Positions 55,664 through 64,000 of a stretch of 64,000 nucleotides of DNA are shown here, piece after piece; within the stretch, counting starts at the first letter, position 1; each line of letters opens with the position of its first letter. Made by a program: the position numbers and the translations under genes. A model generated the notes under the pieces. That model saw only the letters and a list, made by a program, of their open reading frames with translations. It made no database searches and was not told the origin of the DNA. Location: positions 1 through 64,000 of the IMG/VR virus record IMGVR_UViG_3300020202_000061. One strand, 5' to 3'.

Positions 55664-55773
55664 GTCTCAATATCCTCGTTGTTTTTGAAACTCCTACGAG
55701 GATATTTAGTGGAACTAACTATGAGACAACATAGCTAAATCATTATAAGACAACGATAATTTACACTATTGCG

Positions 55774-56202
55774 TCAGTCACTAACAGGTTGTTCGACCGT
55801 CCCTTTAGTCTGTTCGGACTGAATCACGCGGACGCTCTCGGCGATGAATTCTCCGAGTTTTTGTTCATAGTCGAATTCGCGCTTCTGCCATGAAACTGTG
55901 AGGGCGTCCTCGACGAGGTCCTTGAGAAATACTCCCGAACCTTCAAAGCCCATATCTCCGGCGACCAATCCGTGAATCTCGCCATACACGTCGATGGTCC
56001 AGCCGTAAGCGGTATCGAAAAGTTCGATGAGGCCACTAAGGTTGATGGGTTCATCCGTGTGCGGACGCTCTGCCTTTTCGCGTGCCACATAGAGGAAGTG
56101 GATCAGGTCGTTCTTCTGCTCCGGTGTGATCGAACGTCCCTCTGCGAGTTCGTTCAGCAGGACGTGTGCGATCTGACATTGCGTCTTGAAATCAGGTGCC
56201 AT
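55774..56202 (-). CDS. Hypothetical protein
   Basis: ORF in a coupled gene run. Confidence 0.6.
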   Translation of the reverse strand: MAPDFKTQCQIAHVLLNELAEGRSITPEQKNDLIHFLYVAREKAERPHTDEPINLSGLIELFDTAYGWTIDVYGEIHGLVAGDMGFEGSGVFLKDLVEDALTVSWQKREFDYEQKLGEFIAESVRVIQSEQTKGTVEQPVSD

Positions 56203-56398
56203 TGTCGAAATCCAGTTCGAGTTCTTCCGCTGTGAGACCCGCGATGATTGTGGTTACAATGATCCAGATTACACGGCCAGCCATATCCATAAGAGGAATC
56301 CAGAGGAGGTCCCAATAGATCAGGGCGAACATCAGGTAGGAGAGCAAGAACACCATCGAGAAGATCAGTGTCTTCTGTAGAAACTCACCTAAGGACAT
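56192..56398 (-). CDS. Small membrane protein
   Basis: 2 TM segments. Confidence 0.5.
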   Translation of the reverse strand: MSLGEFLQKTLIFSMVFLLSYLMFALIYWDLLWIPLMDMAGRVIWIIVTTIIAGLTAEELELDFDNGT

Positions 56399-56630
56399 AC
56401 TTCTCCTCCACGTATGGAATCAAATAGATGCAGGTCTGATAGGGGCGATTATCAGCACTCGTACGAAGGTTCATATACTGGTGCTTCACACGAACCACCT
56501 CGTAGAGTTCGTCATCATCCAGAACCTCGATAAGGTCGCCCTTCTGGGGAACCGCATCCACCTCGGATCGATACGGAAATCGATTGAGCGGCGTGCCATT
56601 CGGTGCCAACAGGATGTAGGTGACCTTCAT
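56385..56630 (-). CDS. Hypothetical protein
   Basis: GGAGG RBS; VPQKGD.I..Y.V..V.H. Confidence 0.6.
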   Translation of the reverse strand: MKVTYILLAPNGTPLNRFPYRSEVDAVPQKGDLIEVLDDDELYEVVRVKHQYMNLRTSADNRPYQTCIYLIPYVEEKYVLR

Positions 56631-56660
56631 GATTCCTCCACGTATTGAATAAGCACGGCC

Positions 56661-56843
56661 TTAAACATCCATCATCACCAAACCGATTATCACTGCCATG
56701 CCCAGAATCAGGCAGGAGATCACCACGATATGTTCACGCCACTTCTTCTCCCAGGCGCATGCCTTGCAGACGGTCACGACGGTGCGTTCACCCTCCTCGG
56801 TGAACCACACCCCACGACCGGCACACTTCGGATCGTGTTGCAT
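56661..56843 (-). CDS. Small Cys protein with C-terminal TM
   Basis: C.GRG..C..C plus TM. Confidence 0.45.
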   Translation of the reverse strand: MQHDPKCAGRGVWFTEEGERTVVTVCKACAWEKKWREHIVVISCLILGMAVIIGLVMMDV

Positions 56844-57076
56844 CAGGCACCCACCTGTTCCCGCGACCAACGCTCCCAAGCTCGGTCGAGTTCTTCTTGC
56901 TCTCTGGCGGCGATGTATTCACTGACACCTTGTCCCTGAGGAATAGAATACGTTCGGCTCATCCCGTAAAGATCACGTGCCATCGCATATCCTTCCTGGA
57001 ATACTCGCTTGCGTTCAGCATCAATAGGGTCTTTTACAGCGGCCCATAACGTCGATTGTGTATTGTCGTACGGCAT
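56843..57076 (-). CDS. Hypothetical protein
   Basis: TGATG-coupled ORF. Confidence 0.5.
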   Translation of the reverse strand: MPYDNTQSTLWAAVKDPIDAERKRVFQEGYAMARDLYGMSRTYSIPQGQGVSEYIAAREQEELDRAWERWSREQVGA

Positions 57077-57378
57077 CAGTTCCTCACCACAACTAGGATG
57101 TCCACGTCGGGCGGAACATTCGTGTCATTGCGGGCTTTCACACGGAGTTCCAGATCGTAAAGCAGGCATGCATCGATGCTGCTGTAGCAGCCGACGCGAA
57201 CTTTCCGTTGCTGGTAATGGCCCATGAAGTAGGCAAGGCAATTCCAGCGAAAGAATCTGGAATTGTCCACCCTACGGTTTTCCAGGGTGATCCCCCTCAC
57301 GCCATCCAAGTTGGCAAAGCCATGGATGTCCTTCAGGCCCAGCTTTTCGAGCTTCTCGATCAGACGATGTTCACTCAC
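57076..57378 (-). CDS. Hypothetical protein
   Basis: GGAGGAG RBS, coupled ORF. Confidence 0.55.
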   Translation of the reverse strand: MSEHRLIEKLEKLGLKDIHGFANLDGVRGITLENRRVDNSRFFRWNCLAYFMGHYQQRKVRVGCYSSIDACLLYDLELRVKARNDTNVPPDVDILVVVRN

Positions 57379-57707
57379 TCGGTCTCCTCCTGTTCGATCT
57401 GAGTCGAGTTCTTCCAGAGCTTCCCGTGTGAGATCAACTCGCGCATGATCCGACCACCCCCGAACGGAGTGAAGTTGTATTTGGCCTCACAGTCGTCATT
57501 CGCACACATATAGTTGGTGCTCATTCCGCCCGATGGTCCCTCATACCAATCGGAACTCCCGCACTCCGGACACTTCCCGGAACTGGTCCAAACATGGTTG
57601 GGATCATCCGCCACCGGAACATCCATATCCTTCTTGGACTTCGGACGCACCGTGGCTTCTTTTCCACCACGCAGCAAGAACAAGAGTTGATCCCAAAAAC
57701 TACCCAT
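57375..57707 (-). CDS. Zinc-ribbon protein
   Basis: CPECG..EGPSGG...C...C...N. Confidence 0.65.
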   Translation of the reverse strand: MGSFWDQLLFLLRGGKEATVRPKSKKDMDVPVADDPNHVWTSSGKCPECGSSDWYEGPSGGMSTNYMCANDDCEAKYNFTPFGGGRIMRELISHGKLWKNSTQIEQEETE

Positions 57708-57715
57708 GATTTACC

Positions 57716-58402
57716 TCAACACGAGCAGGAGAAGAAACTGCCACGATCATCCGGACTGACCTTCTCTCCGGTCAACACCTCGTAGGCGTTCCAGAAGTCA
57801 TCACCCACGTACCAGGATTCCATTTCGCCCACGTTCATGTAGTCTCCGTTCTCCAAGTAATAACGGCCACGAGAGATGGCAGATTCAGCCGAACCCATCC
57901 CATGAGTTCGGGCGAATTCCTCCATGAATTCTTGCGCCGCTACTTTTGGGTCCACCGGCTTGTCCTTCTTTCGAATGGACGGTGGAAGACTCGCTTCGAG
58001 AGCCTCAACCGAAGTTTCGGCGAGTGGAAACTCTTCTGCGTCGAACGTATTTGGATCAATCGTTCCAGGACGATGCCCACCGGTTTCGCCCTCGAAGTGT
58101 GGATGAGTCCACATATGACGGAGACTCGTAATGGTACCGGGGTACAGGAAGAGCCAAAACTTTTGTCCATCATAGACAGGTGATTTCAAATAGGGATCGA
58201 CAATACCAAGCGAGGTTGTTCCGATGTCAGCCTTACCCCGAATCAGACCCACATGTTGACCCGGATACAGCTTAGTCCCAGCTGTGACGGGAACCACCGC
58301 GATATGGATGGCATCACGCTCGGCCTCACCCTCGATCAGCTTACCAACACCGATCCCCTCGGCACTAGCCTGATGGCGTGCGAAACTCTCTGACTTGCTC
58401 AT
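57716..58402 (-). CDS. Conserved hypothetical protein (RDAIH family)
   Basis: RDAIHIAVVPV, GIVDPYL, PGTITSLRHMWTHP; C-terminal FFSCSC. Confidence 0.75.
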   Translation of the reverse strand: MSKSESFARHQASAEGIGVGKLIEGEAERDAIHIAVVPVTAGTKLYPGQHVGLIRGKADIGTTSLGIVDPYLKSPVYDGQKFWLFLYPGTITSLRHMWTHPHFEGETGGHRPGTIDPNTFDAEEFPLAETSVEALEASLPPSIRKKDKPVDPKVAAQEFMEEFARTHGMGSAESAISRGRYYLENGDYMNVGEMESWYVGDDFWNAYEVLTGEKVSPDDRGSFFSCSC

Positions 58403-58493
58403 AATCCCCCACGTAAACAGATACCAAGTCCCGCAACCAATCCGACCATACAGATCGAACTGATCACCATCAAAATCAGATGAACACGATCAC

Positions 58494-59078
58494 TCAATCA
58501 CAACCTCGGCAGGACGGATCGCTCTCGTGTCCGAGTTGTCCCTGGTCCATCCAGAAACTCGGATGCTCCCAGTAGTGGATCAGGCTTGTGATGGTACCGG
58601 GCATGACCAGGAGCCAACAGGATTGACCCTCCTCGACCGGCTCGCGCAGGAACGGATCGATGATTCCAACTGGGTAGTAGTCCCAATTGGTCGGCCGGAC
58701 CTCTCCATTCGAGTCCATCTGCACAGGCTCACCGGGCTTGCATTGACGCGCTGCTGTGACCGGCGCAACCGCCACATGGGTGGCATCACGACGAGCCTCG
58801 GTCTGATCCGGGATCAACTGGCCCAGACGCACACCCAATTCGGTCGCCTTGTGACGGGCCATCGGCGAGTCGTCGGTCATCTTGGGCTTCTCAACCTCGA
58901 CCTGGGTCAGCTTAGTCTTGAGCAGTTCCAGCGAATCCGAGATGGACGTGCTTCCACCAGCCGTATCCCAGGGAAGACCCAGAAGTTCACAAAGTGCCTT
59001 CTCCAGGTCAGTCTTAACCTTACGGCCCTTGAGGACCTCATTCTCCAGGTCCGAGACCTGCTGTAGTAGAGTGCTCAT
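58494..59078 (-). CDS. Conserved hypothetical protein (RDAIH family), tandem paralog
   Basis: RDATHVAVAPV, GIIDPFL, PGTITSLIHYWEHP; C-terminal CRGC. Confidence 0.75.
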   Translation of the reverse strand: MSTLLQQVSDLENEVLKGRKVKTDLEKALCELLGLPWDTAGGSTSISDSLELLKTKLTQVEVEKPKMTDDSPMARHKATELGVRLGQLIPDQTEARRDATHVAVAPVTAARQCKPGEPVQMDSNGEVRPTNWDYYPVGIIDPFLREPVEEGQSCWLLVMPGTITSLIHYWEHPSFWMDQGQLGHESDPSCRGCD

Positions 59079-59080
59079 GA

Positions 59081-59347
59081 TCAGTCCTTGTTTCTCTCAG
59101 GCGAATAAGCGCGATTCTGGGTCTCGTCCCAGAGCAGTTCCAGTGCGGGATCATCCGATGCCACACAGAACACCACTGCGCCACCAGCCCCATTACGTGC
59201 CGCCATCTTCAAGGCTTTGTCCGAACCCGCCCTCATACAACCTGCCTTGGACTCGTAGCGTTCGCCCATGCTGGCGTAGGCACGACTCTGGCCGTCCGGA
59301 AGAGTCTCGCTGTAGAGCAGACCAATTGCCAATACCCATTCAATCAT
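59081..59347 (-). CDS. Small exported two-Cys family protein
   Basis: MIEWVLAIGLLYSE..YESKAGC..GAGGAVVFCV. Confidence 0.6.
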   Translation of the reverse strand: MIEWVLAIGLLYSETLPDGQSRAYASMGERYESKAGCMRAGSDKALKMAARNGAGGAVVFCVASDDPALELLWDETQNRAYSPERNKD

Positions 59348-59357
59348 AACTTCCCCC

Positions 59358-59723
59358 TCACACGTTCACGTCGTCTCGAAATTCCCGATCCTGCTTGCGT
59401 CGAACCTGTTGGTTCAGATCGGTCTTCTTCTTTCTCATTATCTGCCCATTCGGGCAGAAGCAGTAAGTCAGACCCCCACAGGATTGTCCGGCTGGGGTGC
59501 GTAAGGTAAACCTCGTATCGATGAACCCCCAATTACCACAGACCATACAAAATCCACCCGGAGAATAGTGATCCAGCCAATACTGTTTGACTGCGGCACT
59601 ACGAATGGCGGGCTTTCGTGTCGATGCGGCAGGTTCGGGCTCGTTCAGCGCCTCGTTGATCTGCTTCATCGCTACCGGACAAGGGGTCCAGGGATGGCCA
59701 CCGCCACAGATTCGGCAAGGCAT
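59358..59723 (-). CDS. Cys-rich zinc-binding protein
   Basis: CRICG..H...C; CMVCGN.G..YCFCPNG. Confidence 0.6.
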   Translation of the reverse strand: MPCRICGGGHPWTPCPVAMKQINEALNEPEPAASTRKPAIRSAAVKQYWLDHYSPGGFCMVCGNWGFIDTRFTLRTPAGQSCGGLTYCFCPNGQIMRKKKTDLNQQVRRKQDREFRDDVNV

Positions 59724-60098
59724 CTACTTGACCTCGTCCCACTCGACTCGGCCCTTGAGCTTGGTCATCCCACCCTTGCCATCGAATCGGTAGCCCCAGA
59801 ACTCTCCGTAGTTGTCCCCGTCGAAGTCACAGAACGTGATGTCACCCTTGACCTCGTATCGGAGAAGAACCTCCTGGAGTTCCTCACGCCAGACCCAATC
59901 CATATGCTCCTGATGATCCCGGTTGAAATGGAGACGCACGGTCTCTTTGACACGCTTGCCCCGACCCTCGCGCTCCTTCGTGGTCACCTCACTAAGGTTG
60001 TAGAAGACCTCCTGGTACTCATCCGCCCTGAGTAGGTCCTCAGCCAGCCCCGATGGGACATTCACGGTGTTATCGACCAGATTGATCCGCCAGCCCAT
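59724..60098 (-). CDS. Hypothetical protein
   Basis: EHMDW, VKGDI.F...DGDN...FWGY.FDG. Confidence 0.65.
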   Translation of the reverse strand: MGWRINLVDNTVNVPSGLAEDLLRADEYQEVFYNLSEVTTKEREGRGKRVKETVRLHFNRDHQEHMDWVWREELQEVLLRYEVKGDITFCDFDGDNYGEFWGYRFDGKGGMTKLKGRVEWDEVK

Positions 60099-60319
60099 TA
60101 GAGATTCCTCTTGAATAGTTTCTTGAAGGCGTCATTGATGTCCAACGATTCCACCTCAACGCAATAAACCACACCGGAACGCTCCTGCTCGGCCAGCATC
60201 TCTGCGGCCTTTCCACGATGTTCCAGGCAGGTTTCATGATCGAGGAAGGCTCGATCATGACCGACCGCGTAATCTCCCCAGGGAATCCACGCGATCAGAA
60301 AGAAAACCGTGGTATTCAT
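60098..60319 (-). CDS. Small exported two-Cys family protein
   Basis: Hydrophobic N-terminus, FLDHETC..VYCV. Confidence 0.55.
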   Translation of the reverse strand: MNTTVFFLIAWIPWGDYAVGHDRAFLDHETCLEHRGKAAEMLAEQERSGVVYCVEVESLDINDAFKKLFKRNL

Positions 60320-60431
60320 TTCGAACTACACCAACGCCCGATCAGCCCATCGTGTGGGCGCGAGCAGTCGAAGAACCTCAATACGGCTTTCAATAACTTC
60401 ATGGAATCCCCCTCACCGATATGGTGCTGGC

Positions 60432-60812
60432 TTAGGGGTTTTCAATCCGGGCTAAGAGAGATTCGCGAAGTTCTCTCATATGAGGCCAATTTAGGATTTC
60501 CTCCCGCGAGTGAATCTCACGGGATCGATAGGGTTCACCCTCAAGGGGTTGTTCCAGGTCCACGACCAAATCAATCCCGACCTCATCCAATATCACCGGG
60601 AGATCGAGATTCCGCACCACACAATCCTGGACACGACAATCATACCGACCAGAGACCCGCAGACACTGGACCAGTTTGGGTATGATCGGGGGATAGCAGG
60701 AAACCTCCAGCAACGCATCCAGCAGAGGTTCAACCCGTACAGGGCCTCGTGCATGCAACTGAATGTTTACGCCCTGCGGCCATCCATACGGAGCGGGAAG
60801 CAGCTTCATCAA
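60432..60812 (-). CDS. Hypothetical protein
   Basis: Coupled ORF. Confidence 0.5.
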   Translation of the reverse strand: MMKLLPAPYGWPQGVNIQLHARGPVRVEPLLDALLEVSCYPPIIPKLVQCLRVSGRYDCRVQDCVVRNLDLPVILDEVGIDLVVDLEQPLEGEPYRSREIHSREEILNWPHMRELRESLLARIENP

Positions 60813-61048
60813 TATGCGTTGGTGCGGTCCAGGACGAACTCCAACTTGACATCATCCGGGGTATCACCCGGAACACAGGCCAGGACCGCACCCATCGCAC
60901 CATAATTGCGAGCCGTGACCAGAGTTCGAAGTGGTCCCTGTTCGAGGCATTCCTGCTCGGTTCGGAACCAATGGTGTCCGGTCTCTCCCAGTAGGGTCGC
61001 ATCGGCTGGATTCACATAGAGAAACGCCACGATCAAAACCCAATCCAT
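60809..61048 (-). CDS. Small exported two-Cys family protein
   Basis: MDWVLIVAFLY..FRTEQEC..GAMGAVLACV. Confidence 0.6.
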   Translation of the reverse strand: MDWVLIVAFLYVNPADATLLGETGHHWFRTEQECLEQGPLRTLVTARNYGAMGAVLACVPGDTPDDVKLEFVLDRTNAY

Positions 61049-61051
61049 AAA

Positions 61052-61318
61052 CTATCCCCCTCTGACGAGTTTGGTAATCTCTTCGGCGAGTTGCTCTCGC
61101 CCTTCTCGGATTCCACGCGAGTACGCATGGGCGATGTGACGGGCTGTGTGCTCGTCGAAGTAATAGCCCAGAAACATATCACCCTCGGCGTGGACACGAT
61201 CATCCGACCAACCCTCCGGGATCGGATTCACGTAGAGAATATACGGGGGATCGTTATCGCAAGGGACCGCACTGAGACGGCCCATGTCGATGCGTTTATG
61301 AACGCGGTTCTTCCCCAT
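61052..61318 (-). CDS. Hypothetical protein
   Basis: ORF with GGGGG RBS. Confidence 0.55.
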   Translation of the reverse strand: MGKNRVHKRIDMGRLSAVPCDNDPPYILYVNPIPEGWSDDRVHAEGDMFLGYYFDEHTARHIAHAYSRGIREGREQLAEEITKLVRGG

Positions 61319-61345
61319 ACTTTCCCCCGAGACGCTCGATCACGG

Positions 61346-61699
61346 TCATTCCCCACCCGATTGGATCATCACCCGGATAGCTCCACGTGTGTCTGGGTTC
61401 ACATAAGCCCAGGCATCAGTGAGCTTCATCGTCGCATCCAGACGAGCCGCAATGCGGTCACGGTCGGCCTGGACGAACTCCATGATGAGCTTGCCGAAGT
61501 GCTTCTCGAACCGACCGGAATGATCCGGACCGCGATACCACTCGTTGGCTTCTTCCTCTAGCCGTTCCAGGAACGCCAAGAACGGGTCCGGATTCACATA
61601 GGTGAGTTTGGCCAGTTGCTCTCGAAGTCTGGTGAGGCTTTTCTCCTCCACCTCAATCTCACGTTCGAGATCGACGATCCTCTGTGCTTTACTACTCAT
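61346..61699 (-). CDS. Hypothetical protein with N-terminal coiled coil
   Basis: GAGG RBS, heptad pattern. Confidence 0.55.
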   Translation of the reverse strand: MSSKAQRIVDLEREIEVEEKSLTRLREQLAKLTYVNPDPFLAFLERLEEEANEWYRGPDHSGRFEKHFGKLIMEFVQADRDRIAARLDATMKLTDAWAYVNPDTRGAIRVMIQSGGE

Positions 61700-61705
61700 C
61701 GTGCC

Positions 61706-61903
61706 TCACAATGGCATCCGGACCGTGGTCGTGTTGCTCTCGCTCACCTTGGTGTAACACCACTTCCGTGCGGGATACCCCTTGAGGGTCTTGCGTTCGG
61801 CGATCTCCTCAGCCTCTTCCGGACCGAACGCCTCCACCTCCATACCCAGGGCGACACCACCCCGCTTCGTCCGATACCCAACCTCAACGTGATACTTCGC
61901 CAT
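61706..61903 (-). CDS. Hypothetical protein
   Basis: Y.V.V..VEA..PEEAEE.A motif common in phages. Confidence 0.55.
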   Translation of the reverse strand: MAKYHVEVGYRTKRGGVALGMEVEAFGPEEAEEIAERKTLKGYPARKWCYTKVSESNTTTVRMPL

Positions 61904-61922
61904 CAGACCTTCCCCGTTTGGT

Positions 61923-62084
61923 TTACTTCTTCCCGGCCTCTTGGATGTGGACCTGAATCAGATCGCACAGAAGCTGGACAAATTCGTCATTGGTGTTTCC
62001 GAGGCTGTGACCGACCGTGGCGACCTGGGTCCGCCTCATATGGTCGATCAGTTCGTGTCGGACCTGTTCTAGTTTGTCGGTCAT
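61923..62084 (-). CDS. Hypothetical protein
   Basis: ATGA-coupled start MTDKLEQ. Confidence 0.45.
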   Translation of the reverse strand: MTDKLEQVRHELIDHMRRTQVATVGHSLGNTNDEFVQLLCDLIQVHIQEAGKK

Positions 62085-62263
62085 TCCCCAACCTCGTACG
62101 GGAGACACTCGTATTGACTCTCCCTGATCTGGTAGACCACCGCCTCCGTCTGGTTCATCCTCTGAACCAGTGCGTGGCACTCGGCCTCGGTGGCAATACC
62201 CGGCACACTGATGTAGCCGAGCTTCCACCCCATGAACGCGATCAACAAGAACTTCGTCATCAT
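62081..62263 (-). CDS. Small exported two-Cys family protein
   Basis: KFLLIAF..ATEAEC..YECLP. Confidence 0.55.
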   Translation of the reverse strand: MMTKFLLIAFMGWKLGYISVPGIATEAECHALVQRMNQTEAVVYQIRESQYECLPYEVGE

Positions 62264-62333
62264 TCGAAGTTGGGATCGAAACCCCAGGGTTTCAAGTCAT
62301 CGCAGAACGATTTCTCGACGTGATCCGTCTCAC

Positions 62334-62519
62334 CTAGTCCTGAGGTTTCTGCTTGTCCTCGTAGCGGCCGATAGCCTCGGCCAGCTTCTCCATCGCGCGT
62401 TCCCCGGCCCGACACCGTCTGGCCTCCTGGGGGAACCCCTCGAACGTCGCAAAGTCCGCCTCCCCGGCGAGTTGGAGCAGGGCCTCGGCCTGGAGCGGAG
62501 TCAATCTGAGTGTGATCAT
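62334..62519 (-). CDS. Hypothetical protein
   Basis: GGAG RBS; ITLRLT..QAEAL. Confidence 0.55.
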   Translation of the reverse strand: MITLRLTPLQAEALLQLAGEADFATFEGFPQEARRCRAGERAMEKLAEAIGRYEDKQKPQD

Positions 62520-62624
62520 GTCGATCTCCCTTCCCTACTCTATGGGCCAGATTCGGGAGAAATGTGCACGAGAACTTGACGAATTCTTGTTAACTCCCAC
62601 ATTCAACCCGATGAGGGAGTCAAT

Positions 62625-62972
62625 ATGAAGGTTTTGAGTCCGAGCCAACGAACGCGCCGTAATGATCCGGATACCTCTCTGGAGGCCGCAGCCTCCGTAA
62701 ACGTGTCGGAGCAGTCCATCACAATCCTTTGGTCCTATGCTAAAAGTGACAACCCCCTTTTGGATGTGGAAGCCTATCAGCTTGCTGGATTTCCCCCTAC
62801 TGCGTGTGACGGTCAGCGATGCTCAGACCTACGACGAGAGGGTCTAATCGCTCGCACTGGCGAACGCGCACAAACCCCCTCAGGTCGTCGCGGTCACCTA
62901 TGTGAGATCACCCAAAAGGGCTGGGAGTTTCTCGCGACTCTGTTGGATAAGCACCAACCAGATACCGATTGA
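62625..62972 (+). CDS. Winged-HTH DNA-binding protein
   Basis: RRNDPDTSLEAA..RCSDLRREGLI..TG...TPSGR; TTGACG promoter upstream. Confidence 0.65.
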   Translation: MKVLSPSQRTRRNDPDTSLEAAASVNVSEQSITILWSYAKSDNPLLDVEAYQLAGFPPTACDGQRCSDLRREGLIARTGERAQTPSGRRGHLCEITQKGWEFLATLLDKHQPDTD

Positions 62973-62993
62973 TATCGTTATCGTTTCGACGCA

Positions 62994-63497
62994 TCATATC
63001 CTCTCACTTTCCGGCACCATCGTAGATATGTAGCGATTGGCTTCGTGAATCCAGAGCATCTTGTCGATGTTGGTCTGGAACCACGGGGCCTGATCGAGAA
63101 TCCTGCACCCCAACGCCTTCGGGTCGTAGAGCTTCCCGTAGATGAACCACATCACCAGGGGTCCGTGTAGGAGTTCGTGTCTCCGCTTCCCCTGCTCATA
63201 CTGGAAATCGATCCGATCACCCTCGGTCAGGATCAGGGCAGGACCATCTGCACGGTGAATGATGCTCTCGGTGAGCCAGAACACGCGCTCCCGCTCCCAC
63301 AGACGGCGATCCCTGCGGCTCACCCACATGTGGACCTCGGAACCCGTGGGGAATCGCTGCCACGTGCGGGGATGATGTACCTCACCGTGATCCAGAATCA
63401 GAGTGCTGGCCCAGTCACGTATCGGCCTGATCCGGTACGTCTCAATCGGGGCTCTCCACTCACGACGTTTCTTCAACATGAGGGCTCGCTCCGACAT
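62994..63497 (-). CDS. Hypothetical protein (PWF family)
   Basis: IHRADGPALI, WFIYG, APWFQTNIDKM; start at ATG 63497 after GAGG. Confidence 0.65.
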   Translation of the reverse strand: MSERALMLKKRREWRAPIETYRIRPIRDWASTLILDHGEVHHPRTWQRFPTGSEVHMWVSRRDRRLWERERVFWLTESIIHRADGPALILTEGDRIDFQYEQGKRRHELLHGPLVMWFIYGKLYDPKALGCRILDQAPWFQTNIDKMLWIHEANRYISTMVPESERI

Positions 63498-63531
63498 GAA
63501 TACCTCTTGGTTAATCTCCATCGAAACGATA

Positions 63532-64000
63532 TCAACCACCCAACACCTTCAACATCTGTTCGTCGATAGAGCCGGAACCTTCATCTCCAATTTGGTTTCG
63601 CCCACGTAGTCGCACCACAGTATACCCAAGGAATTCTGCTTGCATAGTCCAAAACTGATCAGTCTTTTGCTGTTCGAGGAATGTTTGTTCGGGATTTTCA
63701 CAACTCCACCATGGTCCTTCCCAATGATGAGGACCATCGCATTCAACTAAAATATGATATTGTGGTAGATAAAAATCGAATGGATGTGATGTCTTACTAC
63801 TCAATGAGATAAAAAATTGTGGCACACATTCAATTTCCAACTCGTCACACCACGCCTTAAACTCGATCTCCAGCTTCGTATTGGTGAATTTCTGCCACGT
63901 CTCGGGATTCTCAATCATCCACTTGATACGAGCCCTGCGATAGGTCTCGCGTTGTTCAGGAGTACGTTTCTTTCCTAAGACATAAGAGCGCAATCGATCT
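63532..64000 (-). CDS. DUF559/Vsr-like (PD-D/ExK) endonuclease with NUMOD3-like motif, probably 5'-truncated by the window; likely homing endonuclease
   Basis: LGKKRTPEQRE; TKLEIEF, QF, FDFY, VECDGPHHW, GYTVVRL; lower GC than neighbours. Confidence 0.7.
   Translation of the reverse strand, partial: DRLRSYVLGKKRTPEQRETYRRARIKWMIENPETWQKFTNTKLEIEFKAWCDELEIECVPQFFISLSSKTSHPFDFYLPQYHILVECDGPHHWEGPWWSCENPEQTFLEQQKTDQFWTMQAEFLGYTVVRLRGRNQIGDEGSGSIDEQMLKVLGG

Noticed and set aside
1-64000. Stop-codon reassignment
   Set aside because: Conserved genes are full length in the standard code, and TAA, TAG and TGA all terminate genes.
1-64000. tRNA, rRNA or tmRNA genes
   Set aside because: No cloverleaf with a T-loop consensus seen in the intergenic gaps by eye; tRNAscan-SE or ARAGORN would be needed to exclude them fully.

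Overview
This is a 64 kb segment of a large (jumbo-type) T4-like myovirus genome, densely coding and mostly on the minus strand, using the standard genetic code. The host is probably an alphaproteobacterium, judged from the MetAP and Hsp20 sequences. The left part holds tail tube, tail sheath, gp15-like, gp14-like and gp13-like structural genes. Between them is a ~10 kb array of late genes that all begin with an M-[RK]-L-x-x-[LF]-x(1-3)-E leader. Most are built from shuffled modules: 10 copies of an unnamed G(Y)WI..H..GW[IV]R domain, HRxxH zincin-like domains and ADP-ribosyltransferase domains. The modules are joined by [ILV]-x-E linkers that match T4 prohead-protease sites. My best candidate for a new system is therefore a set of capsid-packaged polyproteins cut into injected effectors; dispersed late genes (a nucleotidyltransferase, an amidoligase and another HRxxH protein) share the leader. 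The middle holds three fibre-like virion genes, a nucleotide-transfer/RNA-repair cluster, Hsp20, DUF262, MetAP, MazG, a glycosyltransferase and an SbmA/BacA-like transporter. The right part is mostly small hypothetical genes in several paralog families. A recurrent TAAATA late-promoter motif and sigma70-type promoters are visible, many apparently giving leaderless mRNAs. A ~120 nt promoter-to-terminator structured RNA with complementary loops lies at ~54.45-54.57 kb. I saw no tRNA, rRNA or CRISPR array. All family assignments come from motif recognition by eye, not database searches.
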